Source: Promethearchaeota archaeon | Lineage (GTDB): Archaea > Asgardarchaeota > Lokiarchaeia > Sigyniarchaeales > SOKP01 | Direction: 5' to 3' | DNA: 26,225 nucleotides | Assembly (NCBI GenBank): GCA_016839765.1 | Contig: JAEOTP010000056.1 | Coordinates: 1 to 26,225, forward strand | Shown: piece after piece, positions 1-10,338 of the stretch | Layout of the letters: the number at the start of each line of letters is the position of its first letter | How positions within the stretch are numbered: position 1 is the stretch's first letter | Made by a program: the position numbers and the translations under genes | Notes under the pieces: model-generated | What the model was told of the DNA's origin: nothing | Databases searched by the model: none | What the model saw: the letters and a program-made list of their open reading frames with translations, nothing else

Positions 1-265
1 TAACATCTGCAGCTGCTTCTTCAGAAAGAATAATTAAAAAATCATAAGGCTCTAGTGCTTTTGGATAATCAATAATTTTCACAGTTTTATCTAAATCAAT
101 AACGACTTCAGCCCAGCACTTTCCTCCTCTAGCTGCTGCTGAATATGCTTCTGTTTGTGTTCCAGCTAATCGTTCATACAAAGAACTGGCAGTAATTATC
201 ATTTTACTTAAGGTAATTACTCCTTGACCTCCATAACCAGCTATTCTTACTTCAAAGCGAGTCAT
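1..265 (-). CDS. korC: 2-oxoacid:ferredoxin oxidoreductase gamma subunit (partial, runs off window start)
   Basis: Not in ORF track. Manual translation from ATG at 265: MTRFEVRIAGYGGQGVITLSKMI...TQTEAYSAAARGGKCWAEVVI, the gamma-subunit G-x-GGQG and Y-x4-RGG signatures. Directly follows the beta subunit. Confidence 0.9.
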   Translation of the reverse strand, partial: MTRFEVRIAGYGGQGVITLSKMIITASSLYERLAGTQTEAYSAAARGGKCWAEVVIDLDKTVKIIDYPKALEPYDFLIILSEEAAADV

Positions 266-267
266 TA

Positions 268-1185
268 TTATTCCTCCTTCATAGCAATTTTTTGAATTTT
301 GGCGTACTCTTCAGAATATTCAGGTTTATCTGGTTGATATCTGAATTCACCTATTACATATTTATTAAATAATTCTTCTTCAGACATGAATTTTGCTTGG
401 TTTATACGAACAGTATTTCTTTTAATCCAATCTATCATTTTTCCTCCCGTATCCATTTTTTTGCCTTCTAAGCCAATATATTCTGCACCTAAATTATCAA
501 GATTTTTCCTACCAAAATAAGTAACACAGGGAGTAATAACCTCAATAACAGATGTACCTTTATGATTTAATGCTTTTTTAAAATATTTTATATAGGTTCT
601 AGGATGCGCTACTGTAGTTCTTGCTACATAAGTGGCTCCTGCTGCCAATGCTAATTGCACTCCATCACTTCTATTTTCAAACATTTTATAAGGAGTTGTG
701 CTACTAGTCGCACCATAAAGCGTGGTTGGAGCTCCTTGACCACCGGTCATAGCATAAATACTATTATTAAAAATGAAAATGACACAATCTAGATTTCTGC
801 GACAAACATGAATAAAATGATTACCACCTATCCCTAAACAATCACCATCACCTGAGAAAATAATAGGCTTCATATTTGGATTTGCCATTTTAATTCCTGT
901 AGCAACTGCGGGGGCTCTCCCATGAAGAGCTAAAATTTTCTGAGATTTTGCATGAACCAATAATAACATTTGACTATAACAACCAATTCCGATTATAGTT
1001 GGATATAAGTGAGGATCTAATTTCTCATCTTCGAAAAGACGAGTGAAAATATGACCTATTATGCCATATCCACAGCCAGAACAAAATCTTGTAGCAAAAT
1101 TTTTATACATACTTCCTCCATATGAAAAGATTACATAAGGATGTTCTGGTTTCTCATTAGGAAGCATTCGACCAATTTCTGGCAT
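268..1185 (-). CDS. korB: 2-oxoacid:ferredoxin oxidoreductase beta subunit (TPP-binding)
   Basis: FCSGCG, IGIGC, LHGRA, the TPP motif GDGD...NN, MTGGQ and ITPC. Substrate specificity not determinable. Confidence 0.92.
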   Translation of the reverse strand: MPEIGRMLPNEKPEHPYVIFSYGGSMYKNFATRFCSGCGYGIIGHIFTRLFEDEKLDPHLYPTIIGIGCYSQMLLLVHAKSQKILALHGRAPAVATGIKMANPNMKPIIFSGDGDCLGIGGNHFIHVCRRNLDCVIFIFNNSIYAMTGGQGAPTTLYGATSSTTPYKMFENRSDGVQLALAAGATYVARTTVAHPRTYIKYFKKALNHKGTSVIEVITPCVTYFGRKNLDNLGAEYIGLEGKKMDTGGKMIDWIKRNTVRINQAKFMSEEELFNKYVIGEFRYQPDKPEYSEEYAKIQKIAMKEE

Positions 1186-2360
1186 TATTTTGCCACCTCC
1201 CTGATCACATTTAAAATATCGTCTGGATGGTGAAATTCACAAACTTTGGGTATCTTTATAACAGGAGTACCAAGTTTAGTTACTCTTTCAACTTGTTCTG
1301 CAATATATCCAGTATAATTTAATTCAGGAACGATTACAGCCCTTGCATCTTTAACCACTTCTTTAACCTGTTTATCAGGAAATGGCCAAACAGTAACCAA
1401 TCTAAAAATACCTACTTTGATATTTTCTTTTCTTGCTATATCGACAGCTCTATAGCTTGAGCGAACTGGTAAGCCATAAGCAATAATAACAATATCAGCA
1501 TCATCTAATTTGTATTTTTCAGTAATACAAATTTTATCTTTATTTTTATTTATTTTGTCCATAATTGCTTTCATAAATTGCATAGGTTTAGGCGTTGGTA
1601 AACCTTCATAATTATGAGGTTGATGCAGAAATAACACTGGACAATAATCAGTACCCATTTGAGGAGGTCTAGGGATAACAAATTCTCCTGTAATATCATC
1701 CTTATAGGTAAATTTCTTGACAAATTGATCAGGCGGGGGCAATTCTCTGTCAATAACTCTTTTTCGAATTTCTTCTTTAGGAGGAATATTAACAATCTCA
1801 TGTAAATGACCTAAATATGCATCCGATAAAATATAAACAGGACACCGGTATGTTTCAGCATAATTAAAGGCTGTTATTGTTAAATCAAAAAGTTCTTGAC
1901 AAGTCATTGGTGCAAGTGCTATTACCTGAAATTCTCCATTTCCTGAAAAGCGTACTAAACCTATATCATTATGATGAGGTTCTGTAACAAAACCGGTTCC
2001 AGGACCATTTCTTTGGACATCACAAAAAACAAACGGAACTTCCAGATTAGCAGCCATAGATATTGTTTCTACCATCAATGATAAGCCAGGTCCTGACGTA
2101 GCAGTCATTGATTTTGCCCCTACCAAAGAGGCTCCTATTACTGAGTTAATAGAAGCTAGTTCATCTTCCATTTGCATGCAAATTCCTCCAACTTGGGGTA
2201 ACCTAACTGCTAAATGTTCAATCACCTCAGTACTGGGAGTTATTGGATATCCACCAAAAAATTTTAATCCTGATGACAGTGCTCCTTCTGCCATCGCAAC
2301 ATTTCCCATCATTAAATGCCTTCCTTCTGGCAAAAATCTTTTTCCATTTCCAATATTCAT
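1185..2360 (-). CDS. korA: 2-oxoacid:ferredoxin oxidoreductase alpha subunit
   Basis: GNVAMAEGA, GYPITPSTE, QMEDE, TATSGPG and QRNGPGTG. No fused gamma domain; one-base overlap with the beta gene. Confidence 0.92.
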   Translation of the reverse strand: MNIGNGKRFLPEGRHLMMGNVAMAEGALSSGLKFFGGYPITPSTEVIEHLAVRLPQVGGICMQMEDELASINSVIGASLVGAKSMTATSGPGLSLMVETISMAANLEVPFVFCDVQRNGPGTGFVTEPHHNDIGLVRFSGNGEFQVIALAPMTCQELFDLTITAFNYAETYRCPVYILSDAYLGHLHEIVNIPPKEEIRKRVIDRELPPPDQFVKKFTYKDDITGEFVIPRPPQMGTDYCPVLFLHQPHNYEGLPTPKPMQFMKAIMDKINKNKDKICITEKYKLDDADIVIIAYGLPVRSSYRAVDIARKENIKVGIFRLVTVWPFPDKQVKEVVKDARAVIVPELNYTGYIAEQVERVTKLGTPVIKIPKVCEFHHPDDILNVIREVAK

Positions 2361-2373
2361 TTTATATCCCTCC

Positions 2374-2646
2374 TTAAATTTTGGCTTTTTCAGCCAATTT
2401 TTCTTCTTCCTCTTCTAAAACATAAATACACCATTCAGGGCATCCAAATTCACATCTCCGACAACTAGTGCAATATTTTGCTTTACCCTCTTTCACTCTT
2501 GGAATATAAGCAACTCTCATATTCAATTCATCTCCAATTTCTAAAATACCTGTTGGGCACACAGAAACGCATATAGCACACTGGTCTCCGCCACATCTAT
2601 TTTTATTCAAAAATAATTTAAATTTCTTTTCCTTATTATCCACCAA
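2374..2646 (-). CDS. korD: 2-oxoacid:ferredoxin oxidoreductase delta subunit / 2x[4Fe-4S] ferredoxin
   Basis: CGGDQCAICVSVCP and CTSCRRCEFGCP; first gene of the delta-alpha-beta-gamma operon; TTG start. Confidence 0.85.
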   Translation of the reverse strand: MVDNKEKKFKLFLNKNRCGGDQCAICVSVCPTGILEIGDELNMRVAYIPRVKEGKAKYCTSCRRCEFGCPEWCIYVLEEEEEKLAEKAKI

Positions 2647-2802
2647 TTTTGGAATTTTTGAATCAACTCCAAAAGAATTCTATTGAATTAAAAAATATTT
2701 TAATTGTTATAAATTTCAGTTTACTTCAAAATAAGTATTACTTAAAATAATTTGAGGTAAAATAATTAAAACCTTTTTTTAAATTAAGATTATATCTTTA
2801 TT

Positions 2803-3546
2803 ATGAATAAAATAATTTTCTTAGGTTGTTTATCAAGTACCAAATATAAAGATACATGTGAGAATGCTATAAAAGTTATTAAATTTTTAGATAATGAATA
2901 TCAAGAGTTGGAAAATCCTCCTTGTTGTGGTGCTCTTGCCCATCAAATTGCACCAATCGAAGAAATAAGAGATCATATAAAACTTGTAAATAATTGGTTT
3001 AAAGATAATGATGTAAAAAAATTGATTACTATCTGCGCGGGTTGCTATAATTATCTTACTCGTTATTATCCTAAACATTTAGGAACAGATTTTAATATTA
3101 AAGTAATGCATTTGCTCCAATTTATAAATAGACCTGAAAATTTGAAAAAGTTGAACTTAAAATATCCTGGTAAAAAATTAAAAATATATTATCATGATGC
3201 CTGTCATTTGAGAAATGCAGAGATCCCAATTATTGATGAACCACGAAATATTATTAATTCAATCGAAGGAAACATTGTCCTCGGTGAAATGGAAAATAAT
3301 AGTTTAAATTCGCTTTGTTGTGGAGCAGGAGGGGGTGTGTATTCAATTTTTAGAGAAAGTAGTGATTTCAGTTCCAAATTAATTTTTGATCAAATGAGAA
3401 TGCCAAAAGCCTTGTTAACAGCCTGCCCATTTTGTTATACATCTCTTATAAGAATAAGGGAAGAAAATAATATAAAAACACCTGTAATTAAATTCGAAGA
3501 TTTTATTTTAAACATAATGGAAGGGGTGGATCCTATAAGTGTCTGA
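2803..3546 (+). CDS. CCG-domain Fe-S protein (LutA/GlcF/HdrD C-terminal-like)
   Basis: Two CCG domains: LGC...CCG...CAGC and YHDACH...CCG...ACPFC. Overlaps the LutB-like gene. Confidence 0.85.
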   Translation: MNKIIFLGCLSSTKYKDTCENAIKVIKFLDNEYQELENPPCCGALAHQIAPIEEIRDHIKLVNNWFKDNDVKKLITICAGCYNYLTRYYPKHLGTDFNIKVMHLLQFINRPENLKKLNLKYPGKKLKIYYHDACHLRNAEIPIIDEPRNIINSIEGNIVLGEMENNSLNSLCCGAGGGVYSIFRESSDFSSKLIFDQMRMPKALLTACPFCYTSLIRIREENNIKTPVIKFEDFILNIMEGVDPISV

Positions 3547-4843
3547 AAAAGGAGAGGAATTATATAATAAAATTAAAGACAAATTGGTAGAATTGCAGAG
3601 TGAAAATTCCGCTTATGCTCAATTTAATGAAATATGGAAAATGGCATGCGCTATCAAATATAAATCATACGATTTGAGATATCTTTATGAAGATACGAGT
3701 AGAGAGTTTGTTGACGAGTATAGAGAGCATTTAATTAAAATGAAGAAAGATTTTGTTGAAAACATAGATGAATATGTAGATAAATGCATTAAAAGAATGG
3801 AAAGTACAAATCACTTCAGAGTATATCTTGCAAAAACTAATCAAGAAGCTCAAAGAATTTTCATGGAAGAATTAGGAGATAATAAAGTTATATACAAGTC
3901 AAAGTCTTTAGAGGCAAAAGATGCGGGTATAATGGATACGCTTAAAAAAAATAATATAACTATTAAAGAAACTGACTTAGGAGATGTATTCTGCCAATTA
4001 TTAGAATATGATTATCCAAGTTTTACTTTAGGTCCTGGAATACAATTTACTCCTGAAGAGATTGTCGCTAAAATAAAAGAAAAGTATGGAGTTGAAGTAG
4101 AACCCGAAGCTGAAGCAATTGTTAATTATTTTAGAAATACATATCGTAAAGAATTACTTAAAGATGTGAAGGTGTCATTAACTTCTGCTAATGCAATATC
4201 AGCACAAGATGGATCAATTGTTTTAGTAGAAAATGAGGGAAATATTAGTATTATTACAAGAGCAACAGAAAAGCATATAGTAGTAGCTGGGATTCAACGA
4301 ATAGTCCCAAGCGTTTTTGATGCCCTACTATGCGCAAAAATACAAGAAAGAATCATAAATGTAGATGGTGCTTATATTAGTTTTATTTCATCTCCTTCAA
4401 ATACTTCAGATGTTCAAGGACACCGTGTATTCGGAATGTACGGAGCTAAAGAAGTGGTTATAATTCTTGTGGATGATTGGCGTATGAAAGCTGTAAAAGA
4501 AAACCTTTTTTATAAGGATATGTTGAAATGTATCGGTTGTAAAAGCTGTGATCTTGTATGTACTGCCTCTAGAGCATTTGGAAATATTTATGCTTCTAAA
4601 TATGGAATTGGTGCTATAAATATTGTTCGTGATTATATTCATAATGGTATTGAAGCAGCAGTCGCAGATGGTTTGTTCTTATGTACTGGATGTGAAAATT
4701 GTACTAACTGGTGTCCAACAGGAGTAGATTTAGCAGAAATGATAAGAGAATTGAAAAGAATAGCGGTTGATAAAGACTTGTGTCCTCCACCATTAAAGGA
4801 ATACAAAGAAAAAATTCTTAAGGATAAAAATCCTTTTAAATAA
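3539..4843 (+). CDS. LutB/LldF-like LUD-domain Fe-S protein
   Basis: KSKS, ETDLG, SANAISAQDGSIVLVENEGN, HIVVAGI and SSPSNTSD, plus two ferredoxin motifs (CIGCKSCDLVC, CTGCENCTNWCP). Confidence 0.85.
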   Translation: MSEKGEELYNKIKDKLVELQSENSAYAQFNEIWKMACAIKYKSYDLRYLYEDTSREFVDEYREHLIKMKKDFVENIDEYVDKCIKRMESTNHFRVYLAKTNQEAQRIFMEELGDNKVIYKSKSLEAKDAGIMDTLKKNNITIKETDLGDVFCQLLEYDYPSFTLGPGIQFTPEEIVAKIKEKYGVEVEPEAEAIVNYFRNTYRKELLKDVKVSLTSANAISAQDGSIVLVENEGNISIITRATEKHIVVAGIQRIVPSVFDALLCAKIQERIINVDGAYISFISSPSNTSDVQGHRVFGMYGAKEVVIILVDDWRMKAVKENLFYKDMLKCIGCKSCDLVCTASRAFGNIYASKYGIGAINIVRDYIHNGIEAAVADGLFLCTGCENCTNWCPTGVDLAEMIRELKRIAVDKDLCPPPLKEYKEKILKDKNPFK

Positions 4844-4930
4844 AAATTTTAATCATTTATCTATAACAATGATTGGTTTTTTAATATCTTCTTTATGTTT
4901 CGCATTTTCTTTTTCTTATATAATATTAAA

Positions 4931-6118
4931 TTATTGGGAATGAAAAATCTGGAATGGGGCAGCTGAACATCTCCAAATTGCTATATCTTCAAAACCTAAT
5001 ATTTCTGCGTATGTTTTCTCACCGTTACAAGTCTCCTTTAACTTTTGCCATAATATTTTAGCAATATCGTTAACTTCTTTATTTTCAGTAATTATTTTAC
5101 TAGCATCTACATCAATATTGCTTGCCATCCAATCACATGTTTTTGGATTACCACAGATTTTAATAACAGGTGCTACAGGATTACCGCAGGGACTACCTCG
5201 CCCAGTTGTCATTATTATAACTTGAGCACCTGCAGCTGCTAATCCCGTCATAGATTCAACATCCAAACCAGGTTCTATCATTAGCCATAATCCTTTTCCT
5301 TTAGGAGCTTCAGAATACTCTAAAATTCCGTTAATTGAAGCCTTTCCTGCTTTTGCAATGGTTCCTAAAGATTTTTCTTCGATTGTGGTTAATCCTCCTT
5401 CAATATTACCAGGTGTTGGTTGTATACCTCTAAAATCTATTCCAAGTTTCATAGTATTTTCTAAAAACATATTAAGTGTTGAACTTATTTTCTCAGCAAC
5501 TTTCTCGTCAACAGCTCTTTTTATTAGCAGGTGTTCAGTTCCAATCCATTCAGTAAATTCAGGTAAAATTGAAGTTCCGCCTAATTCAATTATCTTATCT
5601 GAAACAATTCCCACGGCGGGGTTTGCTGAAATCCCAGAAATCGAATCTGAACCTCCACATTCCAAACCTAATACTAGATTTGAGAAATCAAAAGGTTCTC
5701 TTTTTGATTCTTTAGCTTCTTCAGCCATCTGTTTTCCAATTTTAACCCCTTTTTCTATAGCTGCTTTTGAACCGCCCTGGACATCTTGTAAATTGAAAAA
5801 ATCTACAGGTTTTTTTGCTCTTTTGATATTTTTAGCAATTAACTTACTGCTTAGATTTTCGCATCCTAAACCTATAATAATAGCACCAAAAATATTTGGA
5901 TTACTGCCTAATCCAACTAAGGTTCTCTGAGTGTAAGAAAAATCTGGTCCAAATTGTCCACAACCAAGGGGGTGAGTTATAGCGACAGCATTTTCAATGT
6001 AATTAGCAATTTGCTGCGCAACACGATTAACACAAACTACTGAAGATATAACTACAATTTTATTTCGAATACCGACTTTGCCTTTTGGTCTTTCAAAACC
6101 TAAAAATTCTTCGCTCAT
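4931..6118 (-). CDS. UxaA-family hydro-lyase large subunit (altronate/galactarate dehydratase or sulfolactate sulfo-lyase SuyB-like)
   Basis: GFERPKGKVGIRN, SVVC, HPLGCGQ, GLGCE, LECGGSD, TPGNIEGGLTTIEEKSLG and TTGRGSP. Confidence 0.9.
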   Translation of the reverse strand: MSEEFLGFERPKGKVGIRNKIVVISSVVCVNRVAQQIANYIENAVAITHPLGCGQFGPDFSYTQRTLVGLGSNPNIFGAIIIGLGCENLSSKLIAKNIKRAKKPVDFFNLQDVQGGSKAAIEKGVKIGKQMAEEAKESKREPFDFSNLVLGLECGGSDSISGISANPAVGIVSDKIIELGGTSILPEFTEWIGTEHLLIKRAVDEKVAEKISSTLNMFLENTMKLGIDFRGIQPTPGNIEGGLTTIEEKSLGTIAKAGKASINGILEYSEAPKGKGLWLMIEPGLDVESMTGLAAAGAQVIIMTTGRGSPCGNPVAPVIKICGNPKTCDWMASNIDVDASKIITENKEVNDIAKILWQKLKETCNGEKTYAEILGFEDIAIWRCSAAPFQIFHSQ

Positions 6119-6402
6119 TTTTTAACCTCCTCAAGATAATGACTTTTTATGTTATAAGTGTGTATCCAATCGCCAGCTTTAATGTCTTGTGTAGCGATTC
6201 CTATTATTTCTCCATACTTTATAATTAATTCACCCTTATTTATATTTAATAATGCAAATTTATGCCCTATCGGAATTTCTTGACTCATTTTTATAATATT
6301 CTCATCTATCTTAATTTCCGTATCTTTTGTAATGTTCTCAAGTGCGGTAGCACAGTTGTCTTTGGGATTCATTATTACAAAATTGTCCTTTTTTATTAAC
6401 AT
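6115..6402 (-). CDS. UxaA-family small subunit, SAF domain (SuyA-like)
   Basis: DNCATAL, IPIGHKFAL, IKYGEIIG and GDWIHTYN; ATGA overlap with the large subunit. Confidence 0.9.
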   Translation of the reverse strand: MLIKKDNFVIMNPKDNCATALENITKDTEIKIDENIIKMSQEIPIGHKFALLNINKGELIIKYGEIIGIATQDIKAGDWIHTYNIKSHYLEEVKK

Positions 6403-6463
6403 TTTAAATCCATCAGATAAATTATTATAATTTATTTATTGTTAAATTAAAAAAAAAGGATTA

Positions 6464-6841
6464 TTATAGCACCGCAATTGCACTTATCTCTATTAACATA
6501 GAATTTAATGGCAAATTTGATACTTCAACTGTAGCTCTTGCTGGATAATTTTCTGTGACTCCATTATCATTAAAAAATTTTTCATATGTTCTATTCATTT
6601 TACCAAAATCATTTATATATCTTAGAAAGACCGTAGTATTTACAATGTTAGAAACTTTTCCTCCAGCAGCTTCAACAATTTTTTTTATGTTTTCTAGTAC
6701 GGTATAGGTCTGGTCTTTAATATCTGTTGTTCCTTGCGTGGGACCTTGACCTGAAATAAATAATAAATTTCCAGCTTTTATACCAGGATTATAAGGACCA
6801 GCAACAGGAGTTCCTGGATTAATATTTTTAATATCTACCAT
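6464..6841 (-). CDS. ridA: RidA family enamine/imine deaminase
   Basis: GPYNPG, LFISGQ, PARATVEVSNLP (catalytic Arg retained) and IEISAIA. Confidence 0.9.
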   Translation of the reverse strand: MVDIKNINPGTPVAGPYNPGIKAGNLLFISGQGPTQGTTDIKDQTYTVLENIKKIVEAAGGKVSNIVNTTVFLRYINDFGKMNRTYEKFFNDNGVTENYPARATVEVSNLPLNSMLIEISAIAVL

Positions 6842-6863
6842 AAATAATTTTTCACCTCAATAA

Positions 6864-7943
6864 TTAATAATTTTTTCCTCTTGCTAAAATTTCCCATTTA
6901 TCGAATATTTCATTATTTTTTATAATAGTGAAGAAATCATATAGATTTACTGTTGTACAAATATGTGAAGGGTATAATTCAACCCTTTGTCCAATTTTAA
7001 AATTATCTTTAGGACCTGTTCTAAAAATAGAGTGTTCTTCTGTCATTACTCTAATCTTGCATTTGGGATAATTCTTGAAAGTTGGATTTCCATTATCATT
7101 GGTAGTAGCTTTTAATCCTGCATCAACAGTATATAATCTTTTTCCAGGATTATTGGTGACTGTTCCTAAAACAGTAGCTCCTATATCAAATTCAGGAGAT
7201 ACTCTATAATAATGTTCATCGTTGAAAATGTATGTGCCCGGTTGAAGCTCGGTTATCCCATTATATTTTGCTGAAAATTTGTAAGTTACAGTATTACTTG
7301 CTGTCAAATATTTTATATCAAATCCATTGTTATTTAATAGATCTCTTGTATCTACTAATAACCTTAAACATTCTTCTGTTTGCGTTTTTCTTAACTCAGG
7401 ATCAATTACTGAAGTTAAATGACCCTCATAACCTTGAAGTCCAACTAGCTTTAAATTCGGTTGCTTTAAAATTAGATTAGCAAGTTTCAATGCTGGTTCT
7501 CCAGGTTTTACTCCATTTCTTCCTAAACCTATATCTACTTCAATTAAAATCTCTAAATTAACTCCATTTTTAGAAGCAATTTTATTCAAGTCTAATACAT
7601 TCTGTTCTGAATCAACACACACTCTCACTAATGACGTTTTATTCAGTTCTACCAACCTTTTAATTTGAGTTAAATTGACCACTTCATTTGCGATTAAGAT
7701 ATCATTAAAACCGTTTTCAGCAAATACTTCCGCTTCACCTACTCTTGCAACACAAATCCCCTTAGCTCCTGCTTCCAGTTGCATCTTCCCTATAATTGGG
7801 CATTTATGGGTTTTAACATGAGGACGTAATTTAACATTATTTTCTTTAGCAAATTTTGCCATTTTTTCAATGTTTTCTTTCATAATATCATAGTAAACTA
7901 AAAGAGCAGGCGTTGATATCTTATCTTTCCAACTATCTTCCAA
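6864..7943 (-). CDS. Fold-type III PLP enzyme, DSD1/D-threonine aldolase family (probably a D-serine-type dehydratase)
   Basis: TPAL, RPHVKTHK (PLP Lys), GYEGH, ELQPGTYIFND, DAGLKA, EEH and C-terminal PSHICTTVN (H-x-C metal site). Confidence 0.88.
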   Translation of the reverse strand: MEDSWKDKISTPALLVYYDIMKENIEKMAKFAKENNVKLRPHVKTHKCPIIGKMQLEAGAKGICVARVGEAEVFAENGFNDILIANEVVNLTQIKRLVELNKTSLVRVCVDSEQNVLDLNKIASKNGVNLEILIEVDIGLGRNGVKPGEPALKLANLILKQPNLKLVGLQGYEGHLTSVIDPELRKTQTEECLRLLVDTRDLLNNNGFDIKYLTASNTVTYKFSAKYNGITELQPGTYIFNDEHYYRVSPEFDIGATVLGTVTNNPGKRLYTVDAGLKATTNDNGNPTFKNYPKCKIRVMTEEHSIFRTGPKDNFKIGQRVELYPSHICTTVNLYDFFTIIKNNEIFDKWEILARGKNY

Positions 7944-8181
7944 AATTTATAACCTTTCAAATAAGAATATTAGAGTAGTGATTTATTAAAACATAAAAAT
8001 CTAATTAAATTTATTGCGAATATAACTTCTAGATAAAAATAGTTTGCAAAAAATCTCAATATAATAAAAAGATTATTCAGACCATTTAACATGCAAAAAT
8101 TTGCCTATAAAATAGAAAATAATATTTGATACTGTTCTTTTTTATATATAATCTAACTCATTCAGAACTACAAGTGATAAT

Positions 8182-9528
8182 ATGCCAAAATTTTCTAAAG
8201 AACCATTAAGGGGTATGGAAGATTTTTATCCCGATGATTTACGTCAATTGAATTGGATAATTGATACTATAAGAGATGTTGCAGAACGTTATGGTTATGA
8301 AGAGTATGAAACTCCTCGATTAGAGCCAATTGAAATCTTTGCTGCAAAATCCTCTGATGAGCTAGTATATGAGCAATCTTTTATAGTTGAGAAGAAGAAG
8401 GGAGAAAAATTAATTTTAATTCCTGAGCTCACTCCATCTTTAGCACGGATTGTTGCTAAGAAAAGTCAAGAATTAAAAAAACCTATCAGATGGTATTCGG
8501 TTCCAATATGTTATAGATATGAGAGACCCCAAAGAGGAAGAAGGCGTGAATTTAAACAAATTAATATAGATATACTTGGTGATAATAGTTTATATGCCGA
8601 TCTTGAGATTTTTAATATTATAGTTGATATTTTTAAAGAATTCGGTGCTACCCCTACGCAATTTCAGATATTTTATAATAATCGACGTTTTATAGATTCG
8701 GTATGTAGTATCATACTTAAAATGGATAATAAAAATTTACCAATCCTCTATAAAGTACTCGATAAATCTGATAAGATGGATGAGGATGATTTTGAAAAAT
8801 ACGTGACTGATACTTTTCAAAACGAGACAATACTTCAAGGTATCTTTATACTAAAAGATTCAAATAGTGTAAGTGATTTATTAGAGAAGTTTGATAATAT
8901 ACCTGAAGAGTTTTATAAATCTGATGGATATAAAGAGTTAATCATGTTTGAACAGTACTTAAAAGAAATAGGGATTTCGGATTATTGTAATTTTTCATCT
9001 AGCGTTGTAAGAGGTTTAGATTATTATACGGGAATTGTATATGAAGTTTTTGATACTGGTAAAGAAAATATAAGAAGCATTTTCGGTGGGGGTCGATATG
9101 ATGATTTATTATCATTATTTTCTGACGAAAAAATATCAGGTACTGGTTTTGGAATGGGTGTTTTAATGCTAAACTTATTTTTAGAAACTTATGACTTAAT
9201 TCCTCAAGAGGTTAGAGAAAAAGATTATACTGATACCGTTTATATCGCGTCAATCGACGAAACTGTATCATTATACGCTTTTAAAATCGGTCAAATTCTC
9301 CGTAATGAGGAAATACCTTGTTTAATTGATTTTAAGTTTAAAAATTTAAAGAATCAACTTAGTAAAGCAAATGAATTAGGAGTTTTGATTACTTTAATCG
9401 TTGGAGCTAAAGAAATGAATAAAAATGAAGTAACAATAAGAAATATGAAAACTGAGGAACAAAAAACGATTAAAATTGATAAACTTATAGAAGAATTCTA
9501 TTATATATTAGACGAATATGCTGAATAG
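8182..9528 (+). CDS. hisS: Histidine--tRNA ligase
   Basis: RGMEDF, LIPELT, YRYERPQRGRRREFKQ, VRGLDYYTG, GGGRYD, GFGMG and a C-terminal anticodon-binding domain. Confidence 0.97.
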   Translation: MPKFSKEPLRGMEDFYPDDLRQLNWIIDTIRDVAERYGYEEYETPRLEPIEIFAAKSSDELVYEQSFIVEKKKGEKLILIPELTPSLARIVAKKSQELKKPIRWYSVPICYRYERPQRGRRREFKQINIDILGDNSLYADLEIFNIIVDIFKEFGATPTQFQIFYNNRRFIDSVCSIILKMDNKNLPILYKVLDKSDKMDEDDFEKYVTDTFQNETILQGIFILKDSNSVSDLLEKFDNIPEEFYKSDGYKELIMFEQYLKEIGISDYCNFSSSVVRGLDYYTGIVYEVFDTGKENIRSIFGGGRYDDLLSLFSDEKISGTGFGMGVLMLNLFLETYDLIPQEVREKDYTDTVYIASIDETVSLYAFKIGQILRNEEIPCLIDFKFKNLKNQLSKANELGVLITLIVGAKEMNKNEVTIRNMKTEEQKTIKIDKLIEEFYYILDEYAE

Positions 9529-10338
9529 AACGAATATTTCAAATTTGGTTCATCTATCATAAATGTTTAATTTACATTCAACCTTGTTAATTATTTCATA
9601 TCAAATTTTTATAAAACATCATATATAGAAAAGAAATCATTCTCATTACTAAAACTTCCTAACTCCGTAGTATCATGAAATAAAAATTCCCCTTGCAGAC
9701 AACAAAAATGAATTTCTTCGATATTTTTATTCATTTTAGTTCTATTTTTTATGTTTTTTTTAAAAATATTCACCTTTATAATGCACTATTCTTTTCTCTC
9801 AATAAAATTTAGAATTTTATTTTCAAAAAAAATACTTTAAAATGTTTTACTTTGTTCATAATTGAGCAAAAATGTATATTTTGTTAGGTTGAACTTTTCG
9901 ATTTTTGTTTCTTCCGTATGTTTTTCTTTCTCGAGTTTAGAGATAGGTATTTTAATTACGAATTTATATTCTTTTAAATACATATTATAGTAAAAGACTT
10001 GTTTATTTTTATCGAAATCAAGAAACTTATTTAAATTCATGAACATTCCATTTTTTTAATCACTATTATTTCTCCTACGATTACCCCTGTTTCGACCAAA
10101 TATCAGTCCTAATCCGCGATTGATCCTTCTTTTTTATTTCAATTATTTTTACAAAAATTGATTATTTAAAAGTTATGAATAATAATTCAAAATAGAGTGT
10201 ATTAATTACTTATATTTTATAACTGAAATCAAATCTGTTGCTTAAAATGAAAGAAATAACATTTTAAATAATGAATAATTATTCACAATATTATATTATT
10301 AAAAATCTACTAAAATCATAAAAGTGTGAGGTTATGTT

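Noticed and set aside
1571-7480. Shadow ORFs 1571-1801, 2176-2418, 2887-3078, 4406-4642, 5358-5930 and 7232-7480
   Set aside because: They overlap well-supported genes on the opposite strand or in another frame and have no motifs.
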